DNA of 64,000 nt from Octopus sinensis (Eukaryota). The DNA lies in NCBI RefSeq assembly GCF_006345805.1, contig NC_043005.1, positions 82,274,001 through 82,338,000 on the forward strand. Direction: 5' to 3'. The stretch's first letter is position 1. The number at the start of each line of letters is the position of its first letter. The notes under the pieces were generated by a model. That model saw only the letters and a program-made list of their open reading frames with translations. It was not told the DNA's origin and did not search any database. Position numbers and translations under genes: made by a program. Shown here piece by piece: positions 36,596 through 52,200 of the stretch.

Positions 36596-38576
36596 TATAT
36601 ATATATATATATATATATGCATATATATATATGCTTATATATGCATATAATATATGCATATATATATGCATATATATATGCATATATATATGCATATATA
36701 TATGCATATATATATATGCATATATATCTATATATATATATTCATTATATATATATATATATTATATATGCATATATATATATATAATCTATATCTATGC
36801 ATATCATATATATCGCATATCACTATATATATATGCTTATATGTAATATATATCTATCCTCATGATTATATATATGCATATATATATGCATATAATATAT
36901 ATATGCATATATGGCATATATATATATGCTATATATATATGCAATATATATATATATATGCATATATATATATATGCTATATATAGATGCATATATATAT
37001 ATATAATGCATATATATAGTATATGCATATATATATATATGCATATATATATATAATATATGCATATATATAATAATGCATATATATATATATATGCATA
37101 TATATATATATGCATATATATATATATGCATATATATATATATGCATATATATATATGCATATATATGTATGTATATATATATGTATGTATATATGTATG
37201 TATATATGTATGTATGTATATATATATGTTGTATATATATATATGTATGTATATATATATATGTATGTATAATAATATTATGTAGTTTATATATATATAT
37301 GTATTATATATATATATGTATGTTATGATATTAATATATATGTATGTATATATATATATGTATGTAATATATATTTTTGTATATATATAGATGTATATGT
37401 ATATAATATATATATGTATATATATATGTATATATTATATATGTATATATATATATAAGTATGATATATATAATGTATGTATGTATATATATAGTATGTA
37501 TGTATATATATATAGTATATATATATAATATATGTATGATATGATATGTATGTATATATATATGTATGTATGTATAAAATGTATTATGTATATATATATG
37601 TAGTATATATATATATGTATGTATATATATATGTATGTATATATATATTGTATGTAGTATATTATATATATGTATGTAATAATGTATGTATATATATATG
37701 TATTATATTAATATGTATGTATAATATATATGTATGTATATATATATGTCTGTATATATATATGTATGTTTATATGTATGTAGTATTATATATGTATGGT
37801 ATATATATATATGTATGTATATATATATGTATGTATGTATATATGTATGTATATATGTATGTATTATATATGTATTATGTATGTATGTATATATGTATGT
37901 AGTATTATGTATGTATGTTATATGTAGTATGTATATGTATGTATGTATATATATGTATGTATATATGTATGTATGGTAATATATGTATGTATGTATATAT
38001 ATATGTATGTATTATGTATATGTATATATTGTTGTATATATATATGTATTATATATAGTATGTATGTATATATATGTATGTATAAGTATGCATATATATA
38101 TGTATGTATATATATATGTATTGTATATATATGTATGTATATATATAGTATATATATGTATGTATATATATATGTAATGTATATATATATGTATGATATA
38201 TGTATGTATGTATATATGTATTATATATGTATGTATGTATATATGTATGTATATATGTATGTATGTAATATATGGGTTCTGTATGTATGTTATGTATATG
38301 TATGTATGTATATTATGTATTATATGTGTATGTATGTATATGTTATATGTATGTAATGTATATATATGTGTATATGTATATATGTATACGTATATATATT
38401 GTGTACGTATATATATGTGTATGTATATTATGTGTATGTATATATAGTGTATGTATATATATGGTAGGTAATATATGTATTATGTATTATATGTGTATGT
38501 AATATATGTGTATGTCTATATATGTGTATGTATATATATTGTATGTATATATATATGTATGTTATATATATGTATG

Positions 38577-38608
<32 letters not shown>

Positions 38609-38866
38609 GTATATTATGTAAATGTATGTATATAATATGTATGTTATATATATGTTATGTATATAGATAGTATGTTATATTCTGTATGTATTATATGTAT
38701 GTAATATATATAATGTATTATATATATATGTAGTATATATATGTATGTATATATATATGTATGTATATATATATGTATGTATATATATAAGGAATAATAT
38801 ATATGTATGTATATATATATGTATGTATATATATATGTATTATATATATGTATATATTATATTATG

Positions 38867-38902
<36 letters not shown>

Positions 38903-39517
38903 TGTATGTAATATATATGTATGTATATATATGAGTATGTATATATATATATATAATTATTATGTATATGTATGTATGTATTATATTATTAATATAGTGT
39001 TAAAGCATATTGCATATATATATATAATATGCATATATATATATATATATGTATATAGATATATATAATGTATGTATATATATATATTATGTATGTATAT
39101 ATATATATAATATATGTATGTATATATATATATATGTATGTATATAATATATATTATATGTATGTATTATATATTATATGTATGTATATATATATATATA
39201 TGTATGTATATATATATATTATGTATGTATATATATATATATTGTATGTATATAATATATATATGTATGTATATATATATATATATGTATGTATATATAT
39301 ATATAGATTATGTTATCTATATATATTGTATGTATATATATATATGTATATGTATATATATATATAATATGTATATATATATATGTATATGTATATATAG
39401 AATGTATATGTAATATATATATATAATATATGTATGTATATATATATATATGTAATATATATATATATATATGTTATATTTATATATATGGTATATATAT
39501 ATATATATATATGTATG

Positions 39518-39548
<31 letters not shown>

Positions 39549-41686
39549 TATATATGTATGTATATATTATATATATAATAGTATATATAATATATGTATG
39601 TATAATATATATATTGTAATATATATATATATATATATGTATGTATATATATAAAGTATATGAATATATATATATAATATATGTATATATATATATATAT
39701 ATATATGTATGATATATATATATATATATAATGTATGTAGATATATTATTATGCATATATGTATATATATATATGCATATATATTATATATATATAGCCA
39801 TATATATGTATATATATATGCATATATATAATATGCATATAGTATATCATATATATATATGATTATATGTATTATATATATATATATATGCATAATATAT
39901 AATATATGCATATATATGTATATATATATATATATGTATATATATGTATATAATAGTGCATATATATATATATATATATGCATATATATATATATATGCA
40001 TATATAGTTATATATATATGCATATATATATGCATATATATGAATATATATAATCATATAGATGTATATATATATATATGCATATATATGTATATATAAT
40101 ATTATATGCATATATTATATGTATATATATATAGCATATATATATATATGCATATGTATATATATTATATGCATATATATATATATATATGCAATATATG
40201 CATATATATATATGTATATATATATAGCAATATATATATATTATATATATTATATATATATTATGCATATATATATATATATATATATATGCATAATATA
40301 TTCATATATATATATGCATATATATATGCATATATAATATATACATATATATGCATATATATATGCATATATATATGCATATATATAGATATATATATAT
40401 TATATGCTAATATATATGCATATATATATATATATATATATGCATATATTATGCAATATATATATGCATATATATATGCATATATATATATATTATATAT
40501 ATATAGATAATGCATATATTATATATATTATATGCATATATATTATGCATATATATATATATATATATATGCATATATATATATATATATATAGCTATAT
40601 ATATGCATATATATATATATATATGCATTATATATGCATATTATATATAATATTATATATATATGCATATATTAATATATATATATATATATGCATATAT
40701 ATATATATATATATATTGCATATATAGATGCATATATATATGCATATATATATATGCAATAATATATATATATGCATATATATATGCATATATATATATG
40801 CATATATATATATATATATATATATGCATATATATATATATGCAATATATAATATGCATATATAATGCATATATATATGCATATATATATATAATGCATA
40901 TATAATATATATGCATATATATGCTATAATATATATATATATATATATATGCATATATATATATGCATATATATATGCATATATATATGCATATATATAT
41001 ATATAATATATGCATATATATATTGCTATATATATATATATATATATATATATGCATATATATATATATATATAGATGCATATTATATGTAATATATGCA
41101 TATATATATATATAATTATTAATATATGCATATATAAATATTTATATATATAATGCATATATATATATATATGCTATATATATATATATATATATATGCA
41201 TATATATATATATATATATGCATATATCTATTATATAATATGTATATATATATATATGCATATTATATATATATATATATATGCAATATATATATAATAT
41301 ATATATGTATGCATATATATATATTATATGTTATGCATATATATATATATATATATGTATGCAATATATATATATATTATATATTAGCATATAATATATA
41401 TATATGTATGCATATATATATATATATATGTATGCATATATATATATATATGTATGATAATATATATATATATGTAGTATAATATATATTATATGCATAT
41501 ATATATAATATATATGCATATATATATATGCATATATATATATATTGCATATATTAATATGCATATATATATATAATTATATATTCATATTATATATTAT
41601 AATATATGCATATATATATATGCATATATTATATATATATATGCATATATATATAATATATATATATATATATAATGCATATATGC

Positions 41687-41718
<32 letters not shown>

Positions 41719-41727
41719 AATATATAT

Positions 41728-41762
<35 letters not shown>

Positions 41763-41794
41763 TATATATATATGCATATATATATATATAATTA

Positions 41795-41886
<92 letters not shown>

Positions 41887-42215
41887 TATATATATATATA
41901 TATATATCTATATATGCATATATATATATATATATATATATCTATATATGCATATATATATAGCATATATATATAATATATATATATGCATATATATATA
42001 TGCATATATATATGCATATATATATATATTATATATATGCATATTATATTCTATATCTATATATGCATATGCACGCACAGAATTGACTGAACATATATAT
42101 ATAATGCATATATTATATATATATAATAATTCTACAATGTGAATCTGATTCATTCTTTCTCTCACTCTACACCTCTACACGCATATGCACGCACAGAATT
42201 GACTGAACATATATA

Positions 42216-42250
<35 letters not shown>

Positions 42251-43128
42251 GCATATATATATATATGTGCATATATGTATATATATATATATGTTATATG
42301 TATATATATACATATATATATATATACATAGATATATATATATACATATATATATATATACATAGATATATAGATATATATATACATAGATTATATATAT
42401 ATATAGATATACATAGATATATATATATATATATATACATAATATATATATATATATATATCTATATATTATATATATGCATGCATATATAATATATACA
42501 TAGATATATATATATTATGCATGCATATATATATATATACATAGATATATATATATATATATGCATGCATATATGTATACATATATGTATATATATATAT
42601 ATATATACATAGATATATATATATATGCATGCATATATGTATACATATACATATATGTATATATATATATACATATATATACATATATACATATATATAT
42701 ATATTTATGCATGCATATATGTATACATATACATATATGTATATATATATACATATATATACATATATACATAGATTATATATATATATGCATGCAATAT
42801 TATACTATACATATATGTATATATATATACATATATACAACATTATACATAGATATATATATATATGCATGCATATATGTATACATATACATATATGTAT
42901 ATATATATACATAGATATATGTATATATACATATATATATATAATATATATATGCATATATATATAATATATATATATATATATGCATATATATATATAT
43001 ATGCACATATATATATATGCATATATATATATATATATTGCATATATATATATGCATATATATATATATATATGCATATATATATATATATATGCATATA
43101 TATATATATAATGCATATATATATATAT
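36132..43128. repeat. ~7-kb degenerate TA-based microsatellite/minisatellite domain
   Basis: (TA)n punctuated by TGCA (about 36300-37170, 39730-42060, 42960-43110), by TATG (about 37170-39720) and by CATA/GATA (about 42260-42960). Source of dozens of spurious YI-rich ORFs. Confidence 0.97.
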
Positions 43129-43267
43129 TCTACTATTTGAATCTACTTCTTATTCTGACTGATTCATTCTTTCTCTCACTCTACACCTCTACACGCACAT
43201 GCACGCACAGAATTGACTGAACATGTTTGGAGCAACGTGTTTGCCCGATTACATTTGAACAGTTTGT

Positions 43268-43630
43268 TACTAATTTTGGCACAAATTCCACAATGTTGAG
43301 GTGAAAGGCACAAATTGATTACATCGATTCCAGTACTTGATTGGCACTCATTGAACGCAAAGTAAGGAGAAGTCAAGTCAACCTCTGCGGAGTCTGAATT
43401 GAGAACGTAAAGATACGCAGCAAATGTCTTTAAGCATTTGGCCAGTTCACTGCCTTGTGGAGTTAAAAATAAAGGGCTTCTAGTTTTAGCACAACCCCAG
43501 AAATTTTGGGTGATGAAGATAAGTAGATTACATTAAACCGAGTGTTCAACTGGTACATGAGATATATTTTATCGTCCCCCAAATGAACAAAAGGCAAAGT
43601 CAACTTCGGCAGAATTTGAGCTCACAAAAT
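43268..43630 (-). mobile_element. Two degenerate SINE family A fragments
   Basis: ACATCGATTCCAGTACTTGATTGG..CTGAATTGAGAACGTAAAG and GTGTTCAACTGGTAC..AAAGGCAAAGTCAACTTCGGCAGAATTTGAGCTC. Confidence 0.7.
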
Positions 43631-43666
43631 AAAGGTAGTTAAAAAAGAATACAATTAAATCATATA

Positions 43667-44080
43667 GGCGTAGGAATGCCTGTGTGGTAAGTAGCTTGCT
43701 TACCAACCACGCGGTTCCGGGTTCAGTCCCACTGCGTAGCACCTTGGGCAAGTGTCTTCTACTATACCCTCGGGCAAACCAAAGCCTTGTGAGTGGATTT
43801 GGTAGACGGAAACTGAAAGAAGCTCGTCGTATATATATATATATATATATAAGAGTATATGTGAATATATTTGTGTGTCTGTGTTTGTCCCCCCAACATC
43901 GCTTGACAACCGATGCTGGTGTTTATATGACCCCCTAACTTAGCGTTTCGGCAAAATAGACCGATAGAATAAGTACAATGCTTACAGAGAATAAGTCCTG
44001 GGGTCAATTTGCTCGACTAAAGGCGGTGCTCCAGCATGGTCACAGTCAAATGACTGAAAGAAGTAAAAGAGTAAGAGTAA
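43667..44080 (+). mobile_element. SINE family B, full length
   Basis: GGCGTAGGAATG head, CCGGGTTCAGTCCC, ACCTTGGGCAAGTGTCTT, tail AAGAGTAAGAGTAA. Confidence 0.92.
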
Positions 44081-45224
44081 TCACAGTACAACAAAAACAA
44101 CTAAAGTAAACATAACAACAACAGCGACGACAATAGCGTAGAATGGCGTGAATATAGTGAGTTCGGAAAATGCATTCCGCTTGCTTTTAACATGACCTCA
44201 GTAAACATATTTTACCAATTGCTCAGTGTTATCTTACAGATGCCTCTGATAATCAGATAATAAGCGATATATAATTAGTCTTAGGAGTTAATTTAATATA
44301 ATGTAATTAGTTTGCTTGCGTAAAGAATGTGATAAAGGAAATAGTTGCAATGCGTTAAAATAGGTGAATGTATTTAATATTTCCGATCAACGTATAAATT
44401 CACTCGCTTTGGAATACGATATGCCGTCAGCTGGCAAAGCAATCACGCCAACCTTAAGACATTTGCTTACTAATTGCATCCTTTCATTTTAAACATATTA
44501 TAAATTATCAGATAATGTTTGATACCTTGAAAATACGATATAAATCTCTTGTATTCTTGTGAAAATATACTACTTGTATTCATGATAAACCTTTTAATTA
44601 CAAATCGTCTACAATGAGATGGAAATAAACCTTTCTCACATAGATTAAAACTGGGTCTTTATTTTTACTCATTCAGTGTTATAATAAATGCGAAGTAGAC
44701 AATGAGAGTCAGATTTGATACATTCACTCAAGAAGATTGAAATGTAATGTGTGGAGTTCATACTTTGGTAGTTAATCAACTTTTCCGGGAACTTAATTCA
44801 TCCAAACTTCAATACAGGCAAGGATAATTCTATTAAGAATTATCGATCACGATTAGCCAGAGGAAAAACATCCTACCTAGAAATTTACTATAGATAGTGT
44901 CTCTATATTCACGGTAATACAATTATAATACGTATTTTATATGAGTTAATCTTATCTAAATTGCTGTAAATTTGGTGATGGTGGAATAAAAAAAAGGAGC
45001 AAGAACTTAACTTGAACTTAACGGCTACGAACGGATGAAAGGCGAACTTGACTTGGAGAGCATTTGACCTCAGAAAGTAAATGATCGCCACGAAATAATT
45101 GCGAGACATTTTGTATCACAAAGAGGTCATTTCGAGGAATCGTTAGAGCGTGAAACAAATGTTTTCAAAGCTTAAACTCGTAGGATTGTCAGACCAAATA
45201 GCTCAGCTTTGGGAATTTCGCACG

Positions 45225-45227
45225 CAG

Positions 45228-45258
<31 letters not shown>

Positions 45259-45273
45259 CTCTCTCTCTCTCTA

Positions 45274-45340
<67 letters not shown>

Positions 45341-45361
45341 TATATATATATTATATATATA

Positions 45362-45446
<85 letters not shown>
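45225..45446. repeat. (CT)n-(TA)n microsatellite
   Basis: Direct inspection. Confidence 0.95.
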
Positions 45447-45447
<1 letters not shown>

Positions 45448-47036
45448 ATCTTGTCTTCTCTTCTAGTGTCTCTTTCTACCTATATAAACATAATTATATA
45501 TATTGCTTTAATATCTCTTCTCTTTGTGTAATTTACAATTAAGCGAATGAAAAACATGTCTTCTTAAGAGAAAAATCTACAGGTTATTGAGTGCATCGTC
45601 TTTTATTTCTGAAAGAGATAAAATAGCTGGTAGGGCAAACCAAAACCTCGAATCTAGAAAGCTTCCAATAAGCTGTACAGTCTACAAGTACAAGCAGTTA
45701 ACTTCCCCTCATATCATATCTTGTCATAAAAGATGTGAGAGAATCTCCCTTTCCAATGTGAGTGGAGACAATTAAACAGTAATCGTGGCAGACGATGACA
45801 TCGTTGTGCCATAATATCCAGTGAACCTACATAGAGCCCATCGGACACAGCGTTTGAAACGACGAAATTTCAATCTGAGCAATAACCAATGTCGATTGCC
45901 TAAGTAGATTCTCGTTATTATAATCATACAGAAGATTCATATTTTCAGTCTAAATAAAGTTTTAGACTAAATGAAGCAAACGAAAAGGTGTTGTTAACTC
46001 GTTTTAAAATGTTATGCAATTATCTCGTGATCTTCAGCAAACTAACGTAAATCAGTAAATTGCAGTTTTTTTTTTGTTATCGTTGTGTTGTTATAAATTA
46101 CACTCGTAAACAAAACAAAACAATTACAGATAGAGTAGCATCGACCTATGAAGATACTGCATGAAAAACATAATACGAACAACCTAACACAAGATAAAAA
46201 CATCGTGCAACGGAATCTGTGCAGCATGTCGGAGAGTATAATTACGCTAAAAATTTATTTCCTTTTTATCTTAATGATCTTATCACTTGACCTGATCTCA
46301 CTGATCTGTGGTTGTTGAAATTTTATAGACACGTTTATGTAAAGAATTAAAAAAACTGTGGGTGGCAAAGGGTTATTTATCACATACAGATGATTAGAAG
46401 GTGAGTAACTGCGGTGTGGTTTTATGAACTTATGGTGTAGTTTGATGTATGGCGTAGTTTGAATTCGTGAGGGAAGCCAAACCACATCACTTAAAAAAGT
46501 TTAATCGTTCTGGAGAGGCGTATAAAACACATTCGTTCTCGGTTGCATGATGTATTTAGATATCCATTTCTTGATAAAATCTATGAAAATATCTTCGGGG
46601 TACTTTTTTCTGAATGCAGAACATTAAACATACGGCGCAGATATTTAATTCCATTTAATACATCACTATGCAACTCTGGGTGTGGTCAGTAGTTAGAACT
46701 GCTGCAATCTTGGTTGTTCGGGGAAAATACAACTGCGAAGATGACGTGACTCAACAAGGGAGTAAATGTGTGGTCAATAGAATGCTAGAAATAACAGTTA
46801 AATATTGAAATTACATCCTTTGATCCTAAATAACGAAAGCAAAAATTTGAAGGTATAACCCAATTAACTGCAAAAGAAATGATAGACATTCCTTAGCAAC
46901 AATGTTTTGGAATACAACTTTGTTTGATCGCCATTGGTCTAAAGGTTAACATCATTAAGAACAAAGGTAGCGTGAAGAGATATAACACATTTCTAAATCT
47001 CTCAGAGAGATTTATGCAGTAGCAGCACAGTAAATT

Positions 47037-47204
47037 GATGGTATGTTGTCAACTTAATGTGACAGTCCCATGAAAGGGAAGAATGCAACATAAGGGCATA
47101 GGAAGTGTGTCTAGTTCAATAAGAAACGGTGTTTCCTAGAGTTAAATAACAGTAGCATTCTTCCCGTTTATGGGACTGTCACATTAAGTTGACAACGTAC
47201 TATC
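47037..47204. mobile_element. MITE-like element with ~46-50-bp terminal inverted repeats
   Basis: GTATGTTGTCAACTTAATGTGACAGTCCCATGAAAGGGAAGAATGC (47041-47086) against GCATTCTTCCCGTTTATGGGACTGTCACATTAAGTTGACAACGTAC (47155-47200): 43 of 46 positions complementary. Confidence 0.8.
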
Positions 47205-47397
47205 CCTTTAAAGAAGTGTGGTTGTCTACGTAAAACGTTAGAAAGACAAGAAAGCAGAATGTGTAAAAAAACACCATGTATCACGGACGGATGCAATTGT
47301 TTAGGTTAATATTTGATACCAAAGACAAGTGAACTGAAAATGAAAGCTGGATCAATGGACCATTTTCTCAACAACTAATATTGTAGAAATCAAAAGA

Positions 47398-47965
47398 GGT
47401 TAGCACGCCGGGCGAAATGCTTAGCAGTATTTCGTCGTCTGTCTTTACGCTGAGTTCAAATTCCGCCAAGGTCGACATTGCCTTTCATCCTTTCGGGGTC
47501 GATAAATTAAGTACCAGTTGCGTACTGGAGTAAATCTAATAGATTGCCCCCTTCCCAAAAATTTCGGGCTTTGTGCCGGTTAGAAAAGAGACTTTAGCAC
47601 GTCGAGTGAAATACTTAGCGGTATTTCGTCTGCCGCTACTTTTTGAAATCAAATTCCACAGAGGTCGACTTTGCCTTTCATCCTTTCGGGATTGATTAAA
47701 TAAGTATCACTTAAGCACTGGTGTCGGTATAATCGACTTAATCCGTTTGCCTGTCTTTGTTTGTCCTCTCTGTGTTTAGCCCCTTGTGTGTAGTAACGAA
47801 ATAGGTATTTCGTCTGTCTTTACGCTGAGTTCAAATTCCGCCGAGGTCGACTTTGCCTTCCACCCTTGCGGGGTCAATAAATTTTGTACCAGTTGCGTAC
47901 TGGGGCCGATATAATCGGCTGGCCCCGTACCCAATTTCGGGCCTTGTGCCTAGAGTAGAAAAGTA
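47398..47965 (+). mobile_element. SINE family A trimer
   Basis: Three successive GAGTTCAAATTCC/GGGGTCGAT cores with type-2, type-1 and type-2 tails. Confidence 0.88.
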
Positions 47966-49067
47966 TATCGTAGCAATCAAATGAGTCCAGTATCGCTTAC
48001 TTTCTAACCTAAGCGAAATACAATAATAGAGATTTGTTACTAGAAATAATTCAATTAAGAATTAACGTGCTTAGTATTTTGCTTCATCTCTCTACACTCA
48101 CACCGAATGTAAATGATTCTGGTATTTTTATGTCTAAGAACGCGCATAACTATGAATACACCAAGTTAAACTAAACAGTCTTTAATCTCTCCTAAAATAT
48201 TTCTGCTCGTGCAAGGTTGTAACTTTGAAATATTATATCGAAATGTAGTATTACGTACTGAATATAAGGTTACAAGCGATTAAAAGGGAAATTTCTGAGT
48301 TGGATTGCAATCTCAGAGGAATAAACTTTTATTCGCTTACACCACAAGCGTTGTTAGAGGGACAATAAATTTGATAGAACTGTATTTTCATTCTGTTCAG
48401 AACATAAGATTTTAGATCCAGAGAAGAGCGCTAGAGTGAAAACAGATGACGCCAATATTGGTTTTTATTGCTATTCCGCTCTATAATTCCATTGTATAAT
48501 TTCAACTAGATTTACACATCTAACATTAATATTTACTGTATTCTGGACGTAGAACAAAAGGGTCATATAAAAAAAGACAGTGGAATAACTTTGTTGTAAT
48601 ATGTATAAGTTTGGGAATTGTACTTTTTATTACAATGATGCAAAATGACCACAGACTAAAATCGAACCAGACTCAGAAAATGTATTGTTAGTTAGTCCTT
48701 AAATATTACATTCGATATCTAGCCAAAGAGTTATTGATTTATACAGAAGTTGGAGACAGTCTTTTGTTGAGAAAGATTAACTGCCTGCAACTATATTTCG
48801 ATAAGAAAGTTTATCAACAGTCATGATGTGAAATGGAAAAAATCAGTCTCAATGAATTCTGAAGATTGCTATCTTAGGTACAAATTTTGATGTTGCTAAG
48901 ATATTCAATTCAAAATATCAGACATAACTTTCGGTTAATAAATCGAATATTTGTGTCTGATAGTGAAATGTGTGACAAAAAGGATGTAAGTTTGAGTCAG
49001 ACATCGAGTCATTCGTGTGAGAATGCCTATAGACATATACATACATACATACATACATATATATATA

Positions 49068-49245
49068 TTTACATATATTGTATATATATACCCATACGTA
49101 TATATACACATATGTGCATATAAATATACACATTTATGTACATATATATATATATATATATTTACATATATTGTATATATATATATATCCATACGTATAT
49201 ATACACATATGTGCATATAAATATACACATTTATGTACATATATA
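49068..49245. repeat. 93-bp tandem duplication within a TA/CA microsatellite
   Basis: TTTACATATATTGTATA..CCATACGTATATATACACATATGTGCATATAAATATACACATTTATGTAC starts at 49068 and 49161. Confidence 0.85.
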
Positions 49246-52200
49246 TAAACATACATATTTATATACATATACATATATGCATAAATATATGTATATACAC
49301 ATATGTAAGCGTGTGTCAGTGTTTGTGCATATGTTTGTATATGTATATATATATACATGCATACATACTTATATTCATACATGCATGTATATTTTCAAAT
49401 ATACATAATACATACATACATTCATGCATACATACATAGATATATGGTGACTGCTGACACAAAGACACATTAATACATGTGTGCCTTGAAATATCTCGAA
49501 TGTCATGGCTGAAGCGCCTTTGATCATAGATCTGCAGCAGTTAGACTGGATGCTGGGGTCTACAGAGCAATATTATTAACGAGCGTAAAGAGTATTTTGT
49601 TGCATTGGGAATTACACAACAGAATAATATTCGAAAATACGTTTACGATGGGGGGAAACTTTCTGCCAGATAACATTTCGGCCTTTGGTTTGATAATGGG
49701 TAGAATGACGTCATAATATTAGGCGACAACAAAGCAAGGCGATCGTTTAGGAAACCATTTAGACTGTCAAATGAAAATATCCGATAGTGAGAAGATTAGA
49801 CAATTTTGTTTGAAAATGGAATTCTCTGTTCTCTTGTGTTTCATTGATTGTTTTTAAGAAAGATAGAAAGAGGCCTTTATATGAGATGCGTAGTTGTTTA
49901 ATAATTCTCCTAACATGTCACTCAATGCTTGACAATTACGTTGAAGATCTAACACGTCGTTGATTGATCATAGTTCATCGTGTTCGCTGCCTCCATAACA
50001 GTAAATCAGCGAAGCATAAAACCAACAGATCTTGTGTGAAATATGTAATAAAATCATTGAAAACCTCCTTAATTCACGATTCAACTGTGGACAATTCGAC
50101 ATCTGAGAATAAAATCATATAAAAAGTTTACAGCTTTTATTGAAACGATGGCTGATGTTATCCTGCGCAAAACATTTATATTGTCATTGGTGGCCTCTAA
50201 ACATTTAATTCCAGCTCAGAGCTGCTTGCTTGGTTGCATTCATTCCTCTTCATTTCTTCTCATGATAATGATAAATGCTGAAATAAAACCTATTACAATC
50301 TTCATTCACAGTTTCATCCATCTTAGCATTAAACAAGCTCTTAATTTTATTTCCACTTTTCTTTCTTGATATTAGCGATTTTAGTTGTTTATAGAATTCC
50401 TTGCGATCTTTAGAAAAACCAGTTGACTCATTCACAAGGTCAGTGTTGTGTTCTGACGACCAGAGCCCAGTTTTACGCTTAGTTTAGTTATCCTTCACTG
50501 CTAGATTATAAAACGAGCATAACTGGAAAAAGATCCTATTCCGAAAATCTTAATGATGTATATCCTTAACATATTTTCTTTTTAACCTATTTCGTTACGC
50601 ATCGTTAAGCACGATATTTCACTACTTTCTTTCCCGTACAATGTTTTCGTGTGCGCCCATGCATTATTCTATCTTGCTGCCGCTTTGGACATTTGCATAT
50701 CTTTTTAGTACCAATTCCTAAGAAATTGATACTCAGGTCTTTACAACTTTAAATATAAAAAAAAAACATCAGCTGTAAACACTAAGTATTTCTTTGAAAA
50801 AGGTGTGGCTTTCGTTTTGGAAATGTGCTTCGAAACAATGCAGAATCTATGCATGAATTTAATATAACGAATTACGGATAGAATACTTAAGGTGAGAATA
50901 ATTACTGCGCATTGAAAATGCACTTAATTCGCATTAGAAAATTCTTGAAATTTAATGGAAATGCATTTCCGAAGTTTGAAACACCGGTGAAAGTCACTCT
51001 TTATAATTGATGAAATTATATTTGTTGCATTTCTTCACACTTTTGCATTGTCATGTTTTCTGATTTTTCTGACTAAAATATTGGCTGCTCTACACAAAAG
51101 GATTGTTATTCAAATTTCGAACAAGAAATCGAAGAAACAATGAAACCAAATACAAACAACTTGGAAAATCTCAAGGAAATTGCTCGATCAACTACAAACT
51201 ATATAAGGCAAGTCCTCACCAAAGCATGCAGTACTAAATGAAAGTAGAACATTGGATAAAAGAAGTGTAGATAATTTATGCTTAAAACCAATGAGTAAAC
51301 AAGGAATTATATACTCTCCCACTACACTTGAGGTGCAAAAGAGTAAAACCAAATGCTACAGTTTTATAAAGTGAAAGTTACACTACATAATATAATCGTG
51401 GATGAAAACAGCCGAAAATATATCGTTTAGTCTTGACTGGAAAGTTTTTAATCGTAGGCCCCTTTAACTAGAGATGATTTGGTATTAATCAACAGCACAT
51501 CGCATCTTATAACACAATACATTTGTGGCAAACACATGGTCAAACACCAACATGGTGGCACACGTATGTAGGCACTCTTTTAGCGAGATATGGCATTCAA
51601 ATCTTTCTCAAATAGACGGCACACAGACTTTTGGACACCGACGGGTTGCATGCAAATGGAAGACCATTGATAACATTTCTGCTGTGATGTGGTCTGACAT
51701 GGCCGAAAAACAATTCACCACAAATACACATTTCTAAATCATACTCCACGACCACACACAGAACTACAACACAAGCATCATTACGCTGATACACAATTGC
51801 GCAAAAAGTAATGACGGGCACTGAACTATAAGCTCTTCCTTTATTATCATAAAATCTTCCTCTGTTATTTGAATATGAAACTTCTCTCCTGTCTGTGGCA
51901 CAAGAAAATATATGAACAAGCAGCGGGTGCGATGCAGATTTAATGGCTCGTAGATACATAAAACTCAATCTCTTGGCGGGATAGGTGTATATGCAAGTGT
52001 GTTCTTCATGAACACAATAAAATCTTAAAATATTACGCCGTGATGGAAATTCTAAATGGTTACTGAAAAATGTATTGAAAATTTCAGAACATTTCGTTTT
52101 TCAATTGATTTGTCTTTATCAAAATTGCTTTTCAGTAGATAATGGAAGAACAATTTTACGGAGCTAATTAAACTGAACAACCCGTATCATAATGCATGAC

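Noticed and set aside
36312-43220. Dozens of 60-176 aa ORFs rich in Y/I/M/H/C (also at 3.5, 26.4, 27.9, 35.1, 49 and 63 kb)
   Set aside because: Translations of TA/CA/TATG microsatellites, which lack stop codons in some frames.
46390-46406. ACAG|ATGATTAGAAG|GTGAGT possible 11-nt microexon
   Set aside because: Weak polypyrimidine tract and not frame-preserving; longer versions have stops in all frames.
50148-50480. Lys-rich minus ORF (KDRKEFYKQLKSLISRKK) resembling a LINE ORF2 linker
   Set aside because: No diagnostic motif; AT-rich composition alone can explain it.
51525-51968. Overlapping 70-123 aa ORFs on both strands
   Set aside because: No recognisable domain or splice signals.
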